From: Flectonema sp. DT1601
Lineage: Eukaryota
Assembly (NCBI GenBank): GCA_964019425.1
Contig: OZ025791.1
Location: forward strand, 930,001-994,000
Direction of reading: 5' to 3'
Length of the DNA stretch: 64,000 nt
Position 1 is the stretch's first letter. Each line of letters begins with the position of its first letter. Below the pieces are notes generated by a model. That model saw only the letters and a program-made list of their open reading frames with translations, did not search any database and was not told where the DNA came from. Positions 1 through 11,361 of this stretch are shown piece after piece. The position numbers and the translations under genes are program-made.

Positions 1-345
1 CATCGTGAGTTACGAAAGCAAAACACGCATTTGACCAATTTTGTATTTTCCAGGAATAGAGTTTTTTTATTATTATATTCTTTTTTTTAATATATTCAAA
101 GTACAGTATTATTGTTTTATTTAAATTAATCGGAAAAGCTCCGATTCCACGAAAAAAAAAAAAAAAAAAAAAAAAAAGTTTTCCAAAATCTCCAAACTCA
201 TTACAAAAAAACTTCTTATCTAGTCAGAACCACCACTCACTATGACACAAAATAATTCGGCGCGAGAGTGATTTAGAAATAATACATTACAGTAGTTATT
301 ATAATCAATTAATATATTATTATATAATGTTATCTTTTCACAGTC

Positions 346-1854
346 ATGGAGGTTTACGCGGCAACCACCTTCTTGGGATGTAGGAGTTCAGCAAGCCCTG
401 TTAGAAGGGTTCTTCGCAGTCCAGCACCTCCGTTATTTGTAGGCAACACCAGATTGAGGGAAGAAACGGAACGGGGTAAGGACGAAACTGCTGGATTTGG
501 AAATCGTCGAATGGAAGTTGCGAAAAAAAGCAATCAAAAAGTACTACTATTTGGTTACTTTATAAAGCTGTGGGTGTATCAAGGTTGGAAAAGACGAGAG
601 CGATCGAAGAGAAGCTCTAAGCCGATTGATCGTCAGAGCCCTTCTCCAGCGAGAACTATAACAACGACATCAACGGAATCACAAACAATTCCAATCCAGC
701 AAACAGACAGTCCGATACTTCAGAATGATATAGCTAGATTAAAGGACACTCTTCGTTCAATAACTAAAGATCAAAATCTTATTCTAAATGAACGAGACGA
801 CTTACTTGACACCATCAGTCAGCTTGGACACAAACTCGAACAGGTTCAATATTTCGTCACAGATAGACATCGCGGTATCAGCGGAACAAGAACATCTCAA
901 TTACTATTAAAAAATACAACCAACCTAATAATAGCAAGGTTTTACAGACTTTGGATTCAGAGTAAAAATAACAAAAAAATAGCTGTTACCTTTACTGTTC
1001 CGAAGGAAGAAGTAAAAATAAAGGAAGTAAAAATTTCAACAGAAAAACACCCTCTACTGAGAAAGTATTTCGGGCTATTATCTTCTAAAATAAATAGAAG
1101 AAGACGTACGAAGGTACCATCAGCTGAAGATTGTTTTTTGTTGAAAAAGTTTTACGAAATGCTGCTTCAAAATAAAAAAAATAATAAAAAGAGGAAATCT
1201 CCTGAAATAGTGCCACAGGTTGTAAGTCCAAGTGGAACATTGCCTGTTGGTTATTCTGTCGAAGATTTTCAGAATTTGAGACTCATGGAAACAACTAAAT
1301 CATCTAAAGAAGAAATGTCTCAAAATAAAACTAAAGAAAAAGACTACGGTAACAGTTTCCTTGAACTACATGAGGGAATAAATTATGAAAGAATGGTCTG
1401 GTTTTGGTGGAGTAAGTGGACCCGTCATGTTGCTTGTAATCAGTTATCTAAGAAACACTCACTGGATGCTTTTAATATCAAAATACTTCGTACGTCTTAT
1501 CAGAGTCTGGTATCTTACGCGGGTTTTTGTTTACAAAAAAGATCGAAGACTCCTGTGGATGTGGCATCTCCGAAAACCCCTTCCTCGATATCACTATCGG
1601 CAGTCATTGGAGATACCAGTACGGAAGAAATGGCAACGCCTATTAGAGTATGTGTTTCTTTTTTTTTCCCCCACAGACGAACCGTTTTCTTTATTATGTC
1701 ATGATATCTATCTTCTTACTGTCTGCGATGGGCGACACACACGTTTTCTTTTATAAAGAGACTTGATAACAAGTATGAGAAAAAACAAGAAATTCTAAAA
1801 CAGGATACGAGCGACAAGGCCCCAGAAGTATCCAGCCCAGCACAATTTTTTTAG
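346..1854 (+). CDS. Hypothetical coiled-coil protein, two exons (346-1647, 1804-1854)
   Basis: ATG follows acceptor 'tatcttttcacag'. The ORF loses coding character after ...TPIR at GTATGT (1648). Splicing to 'ctaaaacag' (1803) continues in frame as DTSDKAPEVSSPAQFF*. Confidence 0.65.
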
Positions 1855-1914
1855 AAAAAAAAATTAACGGTGTAGTTGGACAGTTTGTAAAAAAAAATAT
1901 AAAAAACTGGTCAA

Positions 1915-2305
1915 GTATATGGATTACTCTCGAAACCTAATTCCATAGTCATTGTAAACAGCTGTTAAATTATCGTTTATGTTAATATGATACAATACGG
2001 TTGTATTTTACTTAACCTCGCGTATAAGCAATATAATCTGCACTCACTTGGAACCAGGATTCTTCATCGGGGTTCAATTGAGCAACCCCGCGTTCACGCC
2101 CATTTAAAGTTTGAGAATAGGTAGAGGAAACGATCCTCAATTCCTCCAATCATTCATTGTGTAGAAGTACTCTCTTAGTAGTGTGCTACGACACGAACTA
2201 ATTGCTGTAATAAAAACTAACACTCTGAAGTGAGTGATTAATCTAATTGTATCTTTAACAAATGTTAAATTATCGTTTTACGTTATGATGCAGTTATTTT
2301 TATAT
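1915..2305 (+). mobile_element. Non-autonomous relic of the Penelope-like element 3' UTR, partially tandem
   Basis: gtatatggattactctcgaaaccta (1915-1939) is identical to 56214-56238. 1946-2011 and 2246-2305 resemble 56274-56345. 2155-2215 resembles 56023-56080. Confidence 0.8.
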
Positions 2306-4091
2306 GTATTTTCTTTTCCCCTTCTTTTTCCCTTCAATATTACAACATCAAACAATTAACCGCATATAAGCAATTGGAAAAACCTCCTCAGCTGTGTAGA
2401 AAGTATTTTTGTGGAGTGGTAGGTCCTTTTCATGAAGGAGGGTTGCCTTGATACTGTAGGTTTTTTTTTTTATAATTATTATTAACGAAACAGCGCTCAT
2501 TTCAGAAATCTCACAACGGAATGGGAATGTTTTTTTTTTTTTTTTTTTTTTTTTTTTGAAAAAGTCGAGAGAAATCATATTTCTGTTGAACTTTAGTTGG
2601 TTGACACATAAAATTATTTTTACGTTTAGGATTCGTTTCTTATATTTTTGTACAAAAAAAAAAAAAAGAAAAAAGAAAAAAAAAAAAAGGATCTAGAGAA
2701 TGGTGATCGACTTTGTTGCTCCCACGAGCTGAGGATTAATTGTAACTCCGCAGCCGTCTTGTTAGGTTGTTAGACATTAATTCTCTCCATTTTCCCCTTT
2801 TTTTTCTCTTTTTTTTTTTTCACGGACGAAGTTGAAGAAAAAAAACATTCAGATTAAGAGCTGTTTATTTATGTCAAATGTTGTCTGTTTCGATGTGCTG
2901 TTGGTGTGATTAACAAAATATAAAGCTTTTTCTGAATGGTTTTTTTTCCTCTTTCTTTCGTTGTTTACGTTTTAAAACAAGAAATAATAATAAAAAAAAC
3001 AAAAAAAAAAAATGAATAGAATAGTATCCCTAATTATGTACGCAAGTAGAAGCTGCTGTTTTCTTTTTGTTGTTCGTATTTTTTTACTGTAGAAAGCTTC
3101 TTTATTTTTTCAGTCAAAGGAACGTTTTTTTTTAAAAAAAAAAAAAAAAAAACTATTGATTCTGCCCACTCTTTGCCTGTTGAAGCGATTCTGCGACATT
3201 TTTTTCCCCCTGTCGTTGGTTTTAAACCGAAAGTGTGACGGAACAAGAAATATTGTCCTCTGCGTATGGAGTTTACGTTTTGTAGAGCACTTCATACGCT
3301 GATTTCATCTAGCATCGAGTCACACTCCCCCTCCCCTGTTTCTTTTTGTATGCAATGCTCGTGAAAGTGCTTATTCTTTTATATTTAACAAAACCCTGCT
3401 ATGCTGGGTAATTTGCTTAGCCTCCTTAACACAGTTTTTCTATAGCTGGGAGAGAGACTATTCGATTTCTCAACTCAACAGCAATTGCGGTTCATACTTG
3501 AGGGAGAGGGAGGATGATAATAATAATAATAAACAACAATAACAACAACAACAAGAAAAAAAAGGGATTTAATTTTAATTAAATCAGTAAGTTAACTCAC
3601 ATACAAGAAAATAGTGAGCAGATGAATTACTAAAAAAAAAAAAAAAAAACGAGAAAATAGATAACGGATAGTAATCCTCCGAAGTATTCGGTCAACGTTC
3701 TTACACTTGGTATTCACTGAGTTGTAAATCCTTACAATGCCAACTGAGTTGTTTAGAAATAATAAATCCTCCCTGATAACAAGTCGTATCGTATGAACCT
3801 ATTGTTGTGATCACCAGCGATATTTCTTTTTTTCTCAACGTATTCATTAAAATACTAATTATCCAAACCAGTCACATTAGATGCAGCAAAACAACACAAT
3901 CAGTTCATTCAATACAGTTAAACTTAAATAGACATTGGGGTGGGTGGAATTCAGGTGTAGATAGAGTTTACTGCTGATGCATCTTAAGGGCGAGCAAATA
4001 AGGGATTTCGATCCCAAAAGATTTTCATAATGCATGATGACAGTGTTCCACACGGTTGACTTTTCATTTCTTTCAGTCTTCATTCGAAATT

Positions 4092-5195
4092 ATGCAAGTT
4101 TTTGTGACTTTCCCGGATTTGGGACTCCCCGCAGTGTCGTTCACAGCTGGTGCTGATTCCTTCGTGGGCGATGTGTTGGCTGCAGCGGCTGAGGAGTGGG
4201 ATGTCGATCCGGGGGAAGTCGAAGTCTCGCTCGCTGGTGAGCTTCTTTGCGAAACTGGGAGGTTGACGCAGCATGGAATTGGTGCAAACACCGAGTTGGA
4301 GATGCGGAAGAAGCAGTTTCGGTTGTTTGGTAAAAGTTGGTTTGTCGATGAGGAAAAGACGGAGAAAATGCTTGCTCGTTTAGAAGGCAACGAAGAGTAC
4401 CTTTTCCTGGATACCCCCACATTCTCAGACAATGGTATCCTCAACCTTCGAAGTAGTTTGGTACCTCAGGCGGTTAAAGGTATTTGGTTTCGCAATTCAA
4501 ACTCTGGAGTCACATCGATCGCGAATACATTCCTGAGCGAGTGCGACTCTGTTACAGCAGCTAACTTCTCGGATCTTACTACCGTCACTGCTGTTGGGAA
4601 TTCATTTTTAGCTGGCAGCAATTCAATCACTTCTCTTGACCTTTCTGGTTTTAGTAGTGTCACCACCATTGGATTTGGGTTCTTGGCAAACTGCACTTCA
4701 ATCACTACACTTGACCTTTCAGGTCTTACTAGTATTACTGCTATTGGAAATTATTTCATGTTAGAGTGTAGTTTGCTTACTACACTTGACCTTTCTTGTC
4801 TTAGTAGTGTTCCCAGAGTCGGAAGTCATTTCTTATCCTGCTGCTCTTCAATCACTACGCTTGACCTTTCTTGTCTTGGTAGTGTAACCAGTGTCGGAGA
4901 TTATTTCTTATACCGCTGCTCTTCAGTCACTTCTGTTGACCTTTCTGGTCTTGGTAGTGTCTCCAGTATCGGAGATTATTTCTTATCGGACTGCTCTTCA
5001 ATCACTTCTGCTGACCTTTCTGCTCTCAGTAGTGTAGTAACGATCGGAGAAGGTTTGCTGCATACTAATGAACTTCAATCGGTTCAGCTGCCTGAAAACA
5101 ATAGTTCTCTCTTTGCGGAACAGTCGAAAGTTGTGAAAGACCTGATGAGCATCTCGCAATGCGATAACAGTACTGTGAAGGATCCGAATAATTAA
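4092..5195 (+). CDS. Ubiquitin-like N-terminus plus 22-aa BspA-like leucine-rich repeats
   Basis: Repeated LDLSxLxSVTxIGxxFLxxCxSIT units. N-terminus MQVFVTFPDLG... has a Ubl-like pattern. Paralogue at 58144. ATG follows acceptor tttctttcag. Confidence 0.85.
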   Translation: MQVFVTFPDLGLPAVSFTAGADSFVGDVLAAAAEEWDVDPGEVEVSLAGELLCETGRLTQHGIGANTELEMRKKQFRLFGKSWFVDEEKTEKMLARLEGNEEYLFLDTPTFSDNGILNLRSSLVPQAVKGIWFRNSNSGVTSIANTFLSECDSVTAANFSDLTTVTAVGNSFLAGSNSITSLDLSGFSSVTTIGFGFLANCTSITTLDLSGLTSITAIGNYFMLECSLLTTLDLSCLSSVPRVGSHFLSCCSSITTLDLSCLGSVTSVGDYFLYRCSSVTSVDLSGLGSVSSIGDYFLSDCSSITSADLSALSSVVTIGEGLLHTNELQSVQLPENNSSLFAEQSKVVKDLMSISQCDNSTVKDPNN

Positions 5196-5204
5196 GTATA
5201 ATGC

Positions 5205-5322
5205 CCGGCAGCAGAGGAGTGGGATGTCGATACGAGAAGTCAAACTCTCGCTCGCAGGCGAGCTTTACGGTGCAAACACCGAGCCGGAGATGCGGAAGAA
5301 GTAGTTTCAGTTGTTTGGTAAA
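5205..5322 (+). pseudogene. Truncated, frameshifted duplicate of the Ubl-LRR 5' coding region
   Basis: gcagcagaggagtgggatgtcgat...ggtgcaaacaccgag...gagatgcggaagaag...gttgtttggtaaa matches ~4182-4334 with deletions; CAG is changed to TAG. Confidence 0.8.
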
Positions 5323-5432
5323 TGTTATTGTTATTAAGCGAATAGAGAACTTCGTACTATTTAATCAAGTTAAGTATCAGTAATTATTTATCATTTACTT
5401 TATAACAGGACTACTACCTGGGCTATCACAAG

Positions 5433-6608
5433 ATGTCCAGTTACTACTCCGGAGAAGGTGATGTCGTAAAGAGAGGAGAGATCGAGTACATTGGAAACAC
5501 TGACTGGGTTATGGGTGTCGCTGTATCACAAGACTTAATATGTAGCGTCGGATATGATAAGACTGCAAGAGTTTATTGCAGAGATGGAAAACAATTGAGA
5601 TGCATGCAGCATCCAGAGGGTGTATTGTGTGTCGCACAGCTTACTGTTAATGATGAACATCAAATCGTAACTGGAGATGCTAAAGGTGTCCTACGAATTT
5701 GGAGCAAAGAAGAAGAAGAAGAACTGAAATGCCTCAACTTAGAGAAAGTCAGCTGCATCTGCACATGGGACGGCAGTATCTACGCAGCAGGCGGTAAATT
5801 AATACACGTTATCGATTTGAGTGGTAAGGAAGTTGGTGAGATGTCGCCAGGCAATGCTATCGGAACAATAAATGCTATGGTGATAGAGGCTGGCGTTATG
5901 TATGTGGGAGGAGATGGGACTATACTTCGTTCGATGTGTCTTACTACCGCAGCTCGGAGAACCTTCAAAGGAGCGCCTTCAAGCACAATGTCAATCGCTG
6001 TATCAAAGTCTGTTATTGTAGCTGGAGGGTATGATGGAATAATTAGACTTTGGAACTTAATATCTGGTCAGCAAATTATGCAATTCCGTGGACACTCTCA
6101 ACGTGTTAACGGACTGGTTTTTAAAGGACTTGAACTGTGGTCTGGATCAGGAGACGGAACAATCCGTTGTTGGGAAGTCAACACTGGGATCTGCTCACAG
6201 ATACTGGAAGCAGGATCACCTGTCTTAGACCTTCAAATAGACGAGGCGGGTGATATGCTTTACTCCGGCACTGCATGTGGAACTCTCCGCTCGTGGGTTA
6301 TAAGTAATTGGGCCTCTTCATCAGAATCAGATCACGTTGGATGTGGTCTCGCATGTCATAAAATAGTCGAACAGAAACTCACAACAGCACAAAGCATTTA
6401 CCATCAACAGTTAGATTCTTTAAATACGTCGTTCTTACAAAAATTAGATACCCTTCAGTCTGAAAAAGACGGTGTTATGAATGAAAACAGAGTTCTTCTC
6501 GATATGATTAAGGAGCTCCGCCTTGAAAATGAACGACTTAAAAATGGAGTTTTCTCAGCGTCGGCAACAGCGACGACAGCTGATAGCAAGATAACCGAGC
6601 CAGCTTAA
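5433..6608 (+). CDS. WD40-repeat protein with C-terminal coiled coil
   Basis: GGYDGIIRLWNL, FRGHSQRVNGL..SGSGDGTIRCWE, GYDKTARVY; heptad-rich tail. Confidence 0.9.
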   Translation: MSSYYSGEGDVVKRGEIEYIGNTDWVMGVAVSQDLICSVGYDKTARVYCRDGKQLRCMQHPEGVLCVAQLTVNDEHQIVTGDAKGVLRIWSKEEEEELKCLNLEKVSCICTWDGSIYAAGGKLIHVIDLSGKEVGEMSPGNAIGTINAMVIEAGVMYVGGDGTILRSMCLTTAARRTFKGAPSSTMSIAVSKSVIVAGGYDGIIRLWNLISGQQIMQFRGHSQRVNGLVFKGLELWSGSGDGTIRCWEVNTGICSQILEAGSPVLDLQIDEAGDMLYSGTACGTLRSWVISNWASSSESDHVGCGLACHKIVEQKLTTAQSIYHQQLDSLNTSFLQKLDTLQSEKDGVMNENRVLLDMIKELRLENERLKNGVFSASATATTADSKITEPA

Positions 6609-7175
6609 TGTGTCCCTCCTCACAATCACAGATCTTGTTGAACTGTTAATATTGCTGTTAAGTCGAGTCAATGGAGGATGAGAGCATTCTTTTTTATTTG
6701 CTTTTTTGTTGGTTGCATCATGGTTATATATTTATAGGTCTTTCGTGTCTCACACCCAGCTTTGACGACGGACCTCCACCAGAGTTTCCCCGGCTTAGGA
6801 AGATTTCGATAGAGTGTTTTTGTGATCAGCTCCCCCTTTTTTATCGGCCAAGTTATTACAATTAGAAAAAATAACAACACAATGTTTCGGACCGGTAGCC
6901 CATTTGAGTACTCTCGGTATGTAGTAGTCCGTTCATCAGGTAAGTTACTTCTATTCGCTCCCTCTCTCTATTTGTCATTTTGTTGTGTTGTTGCTGATGC
7001 ATGCCAACTCCTGATCCGAAAAAAAATAATCGAAAAAAAAAAAAGAAGAAAGGGGGGGGGAAAAAGAAATAAAATATAAGAAAGAAAATCACAGGTGATG
7101 CATTATTGTGTTGTGTACGAACCGAGACAAATATCTGTTTTTTGATTTCGTTGAGAGGAAAGAAAAAAAGAATGG

Positions 7176-7207
<32 letters not shown>

Positions 7208-7771
7208 ATATGAAATTCTTCTTTCACAAATTTAAGAAAATCTTTTTTCATTCGCTGACCACACTAAATGCTGTTACCTTTTTTTTTTTTAGTTTTTTTC
7301 CCCCTCCCATTCTTGAAGTTATTGCCGGTTCATGCAGCGAGGTCTCCACTCACAATGTTGTGGAATAGAATACCTAACAAACTCACACTAACTTATATTA
7401 TCCACAGCGTACTGATTTGTTCCAAAGCTAGCTAATAATTTTTATTCTTTGTAATTTTTTCGAAAATTTTTTCAAGCATAAGAATGGGAGGAGAAAAAAA
7501 AATGAGAAAAAAAAATGAGAAAAAAAAAAAAAGAAAAAAAAAAATCCAACCTCTTGTTGCTAGCACTAAAAGCAGTAACTTAATCTGGTTGTCGTTACCA
7601 AAAAAAAAAAAAAATAGAAAATCTGTTTCTTTTACCCCCCTTGAGTCATTTCTTATTTGTATTATAGGTTGGGTTTATTACTGTTTCTACATTGTCAAAC
7701 TATCACCTTTCTTGAATCATATTCTCATTTATTTTATTCGTTTGCCTTGCTAGTTGACTCTTCTTGCAGGC

Positions 7772-7814
7772 AAGAGAAAGAGAGAGAGAGAGAGATAGAA
7801 AGAGAGAGAGAGAG
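7772..7814 (+). repeat. (AG)n microsatellite, interrupted
   Basis: agagagag run seen directly. Confidence 0.85.
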
Positions 7815-10272
7815 GAAAATGTACATAACTCAACCATCTTGCTTTAACAAATAATCGCGTGCATCAGAAATTACTGTTTTTACCCCTGAGAGCGGACTTA
7901 AGGTCCGCTAGTTTGAGGTTTACTTGTTTTATGTTTCGCGTTGAGGGCGTTACTGTAGTGAAGGAGGAACTTTTACATTTGTAAAATAAAATAAAATAAA
8001 ATAACAAGTTAAGCAGCACACGTAAAAATCTCACCCAATTTAATCTGTTGTACGATGTAGTGCGCGAACAAAATAGATTGAAAGACGCAACTTTCTCCAA
8101 CCCCTTTCTGTGTAAAGTGCTTCTTGGTTCTTCACGAACTCTGAAATAACTTCAATGCACCCCATGAAAAAAATATAATTCTTATAAGTAAACCAATATT
8201 TTCCTTCAGCCCCTTTTCAGTCCCCAAGTTTTTTTAAATTTTATTATAATTTTCCGTATTCTTTCAGCACCTGTGTTGAAAGTTTTTTTTTTAATTTTTT
8301 TTTTTTTTAAATATTCTTTCTGTTATTTTGTTTTTACCCATCGGGGAGTACCCAATCATCCCTTATAGAAATACCAAGGCTGACTTCGACGACAAATATC
8401 TTGTGAGTAGTGAAACTCTGCAAATACTGCTTTAATTGCGTAACTGATATCCGTCTTTTTTTGTGGTGTGGTTCTCCGCACTCCTGCATTCAAATTAATC
8501 TGTTTCCCCCCCTTCTTTGATTAACAACTACAAATATTCTTCAGTCAGGTACTTGATATTAATTTTGTTTTTAATACCTAAAGTTGTTGCTGTTTTTGCA
8601 TTGTCAAAGTTTCACCCCCTTTTTTTTTTTTCTGTCCTTCCCATCGTATCAACATAGGCGGTATATTCCTTTATAGGTTTTATCTTTTTTTTTCCTCCTT
8701 TTTTTTTTAAATTTTTTGTTGTTCCGACGTAGTAGTACTGTACCAACGTAGCTGCGTTCAACGAAATATAAGGACTCTCCAATCTGAATGTTTTTTTTCT
8801 TTTCTTTTTCCTTTTCCAGTTACGCTGTAACGGTTATCTTTTCATGATAGTTGTTGTCGGAGTAGTTCTTTCTGATGAGGTGTTGACGTCTACATAAATT
8901 ATTATTTTGATACGATGCATTTCGCATCAGTACTCCTTAGAGGATTCTAATTGATATTATCGCATTAATATAAAATCAAGAGATATAGTTGGAGAGTAGA
9001 GATTGACTTGTACTGTGGTAAGAATGAGTGTACAACTCTTCTTTGTGTCGGAGTGAATGACCCAACTTCGAAAATTTATTTGTTTTTTTTAATTCCTTCC
9101 CCTAAACTGAAACTGAACTATAAGAATGAACAACTTCTTCTTTACCTATCTTCCTTCCCCTTCCTTAGAATACTTACTTACTCTTCCATTAAAAAGTGCC
9201 CTAATGGGTAGAGTATTCAGTTGTTACCAAATTCATCTACGAACCGCCGTAGGTGTCGTGTTTGCATTTTGTCGATGTCACCTCTTCGGGGAAAAAAAAA
9301 AAAAAAAAAAAATTGCAAACCATACCAATAGCTATTCTCCAGCGAGATGAAGAAGTTGGGGAAATCCCATTTTTTTGATAATTATTCTCCGGAAATTGAT
9401 CATTAAGATGAAACTTATAATACAGGAAACAACTTCCCTTTATTTAAGTACCTCATCATTGGTCGTTTTCTTAAAGGGAATGCTGAAAGGGTGGGGGAGG
9501 AAGGAAGGAAGGAAGGAAAGGCCTCAGTACATTAGTAACTTAGGCTCACTGTTGTCTGATAAGAAATCCACTCTACAAAAAAAAAAAAAAAAAAAGTTAC
9601 CGCTTGTGAGCGTTGCCAAGTTTTTTTTTTTTTTTTTTTTTTTAAAATCTATTTGCTTTGTTCCTGTCCTTTCCTTTCTATTAACGCTGTTAGTTTGTGT
9701 GGTTGAAAAAAAAAAAAAAAAAAAAAACTGAGCTTTTGTAGTTCACGTAACTAACTAACAGTGGGCACCTCTTCACCTGATAATTTATTTGTGTTTAATA
9801 CTTCTCGGTGACTTCTGAGGGTAGAGAATCTGAGGTGTTATCAGGCAGAAAGCCCACCATAATTATGAAAAAAAAAAAAAAAAAAAAAAACGTTAAAAAA
9901 AAAAAAAGTTTAAGAAAGATTATGACTTTTGTTTTTTGTAGTCTTTTTAAACTTTTGTTTTTTTAAAAAGTAAAATAAATTATGAAAAAAAAAAAAAAAA
10001 AAATCAAATTTGGAGAGTAAGCGCGTCGTCGTTATTATCCTCGCAAAGTTTTATTATTTTCCCCTTTTTTTTTCTTTTCTTTTTTTTGCATATTACTGTT
10101 GTACATTCTTCAGGTTTGATCTACAAAATGCTTCGCTACATAGAGACGTGTCTCCTTACCAATACCATAAGCACATTACTATTAATAATCAGCTTTCAGA
10201 AGATAAACGTTTCTTAAATTATTATCTTCACACCCCTAATTAGAAGTCTTACCGACCTACACCTTATAAAAC

Positions 10273-11361
10273 ATGTCTTCCGTTACTGAATCTTGCAACT
10301 GGGCCAATGATTACGATGAGGGTATGATGTTTCAGCCAAGAAAGTGTGAGGCTGATACTAGTGAATGCGGTACTGAAGAATTATCAAGTGAGTGTAGCGC
10401 TTTAAAAGGAACCGATTCGTCAACTGAGAGTGGATCTGTGTGTGGAGCTCCACCATCAGTGCCATGGTTAGCTGAGGCAGGCATCCCAGAGTTACAAAAT
10501 GAGATTTGGGCTTTTGGTGAATTCATCTCTCTGGGACAACATGAAAAGGCTGCTCGTAACATGGCAAGATCAACTATTCAACAAGTAGTTCAACAGTTTT
10601 GGCCTCTTGCGACTGTGAAGACATATGGATCATTTGCATGCGATCTTTCTCTCCCACAATCTGAACTTGATCTCGTAGTTGAAGACTGCGCTCCAACAAT
10701 TGCTGGACGTGTAGGGCCTCTTAAGGACTACCTTCAGGCGATTGGTTTTGAGACTCTCGGATTCTTAGACGGAGACACAGATGCTTTTATTAAGGTACGT
10801 GAAGGACGTACCAACCTCGTTTGTAATATTTCCCTTACTGACGCAAACAGTCCGGTAAGACAAACTGTTTTAAAGATGAAAAGGGTACTCACTCGCCAAC
10901 CTGCTGCTGCTCCAGTTCTCAAGGTGATCAGAACAGTGTTAGATCAGTGTTCATTAACTGATGTTCCAAGTGGTGGTGTTTCTAGTTACGCATTGACTTT
11001 GATGGTTTTTCACATATTGAAAAAGTATGAGACAGTTGTTGGTGCTGATGTCTTGTTAAAGGATTTCTTAAAAACTTTTGGATCATTTGACTACAAGAAT
11101 GAAACAATCTGTCCGATGCCTAACATGCAAGCGACTATCAGAATGCATCCTGGTGACGTTATGTCAATAAGTGATGTATCTGATCCAAGCAGCAACGCAG
11201 CTGAATCCATCACAAAAATAAGACAGGTGAAGGCCATGCTGAAATACCTCAGCTTAGCCCTCGAAAAATGGGACTCTTCGGACGACTGTGTTGATTCACG
11301 TGGAAAGACACCACTCAGCACCATCATTGCACACAAGCAGCTATGGCAGCGCAGAGCTTAG
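10273..11361 (+). CDS. TRF4/PAPD5-like non-canonical poly(A) polymerase / nucleotidyltransferase, possibly inactive
   Basis: VKTYGSFACDLSLPQSELDLVV (GS + DxD region), GGVSSYALTLMV, LLKDFLKTFGSFDY and ISDVSDPSSN follow the Trf4/Cid1 NTase and PAP-associated pattern. Confidence 0.85.
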   Translation: MSSVTESCNWANDYDEGMMFQPRKCEADTSECGTEELSSECSALKGTDSSTESGSVCGAPPSVPWLAEAGIPELQNEIWAFGEFISLGQHEKAARNMARSTIQQVVQQFWPLATVKTYGSFACDLSLPQSELDLVVEDCAPTIAGRVGPLKDYLQAIGFETLGFLDGDTDAFIKVREGRTNLVCNISLTDANSPVRQTVLKMKRVLTRQPAAAPVLKVIRTVLDQCSLTDVPSGGVSSYALTLMVFHILKKYETVVGADVLLKDFLKTFGSFDYKNETICPMPNMQATIRMHPGDVMSISDVSDPSSNAAESITKIRQVKAMLKYLSLALEKWDSSDDCVDSRGKTPLSTIIAHKQLWQRRA

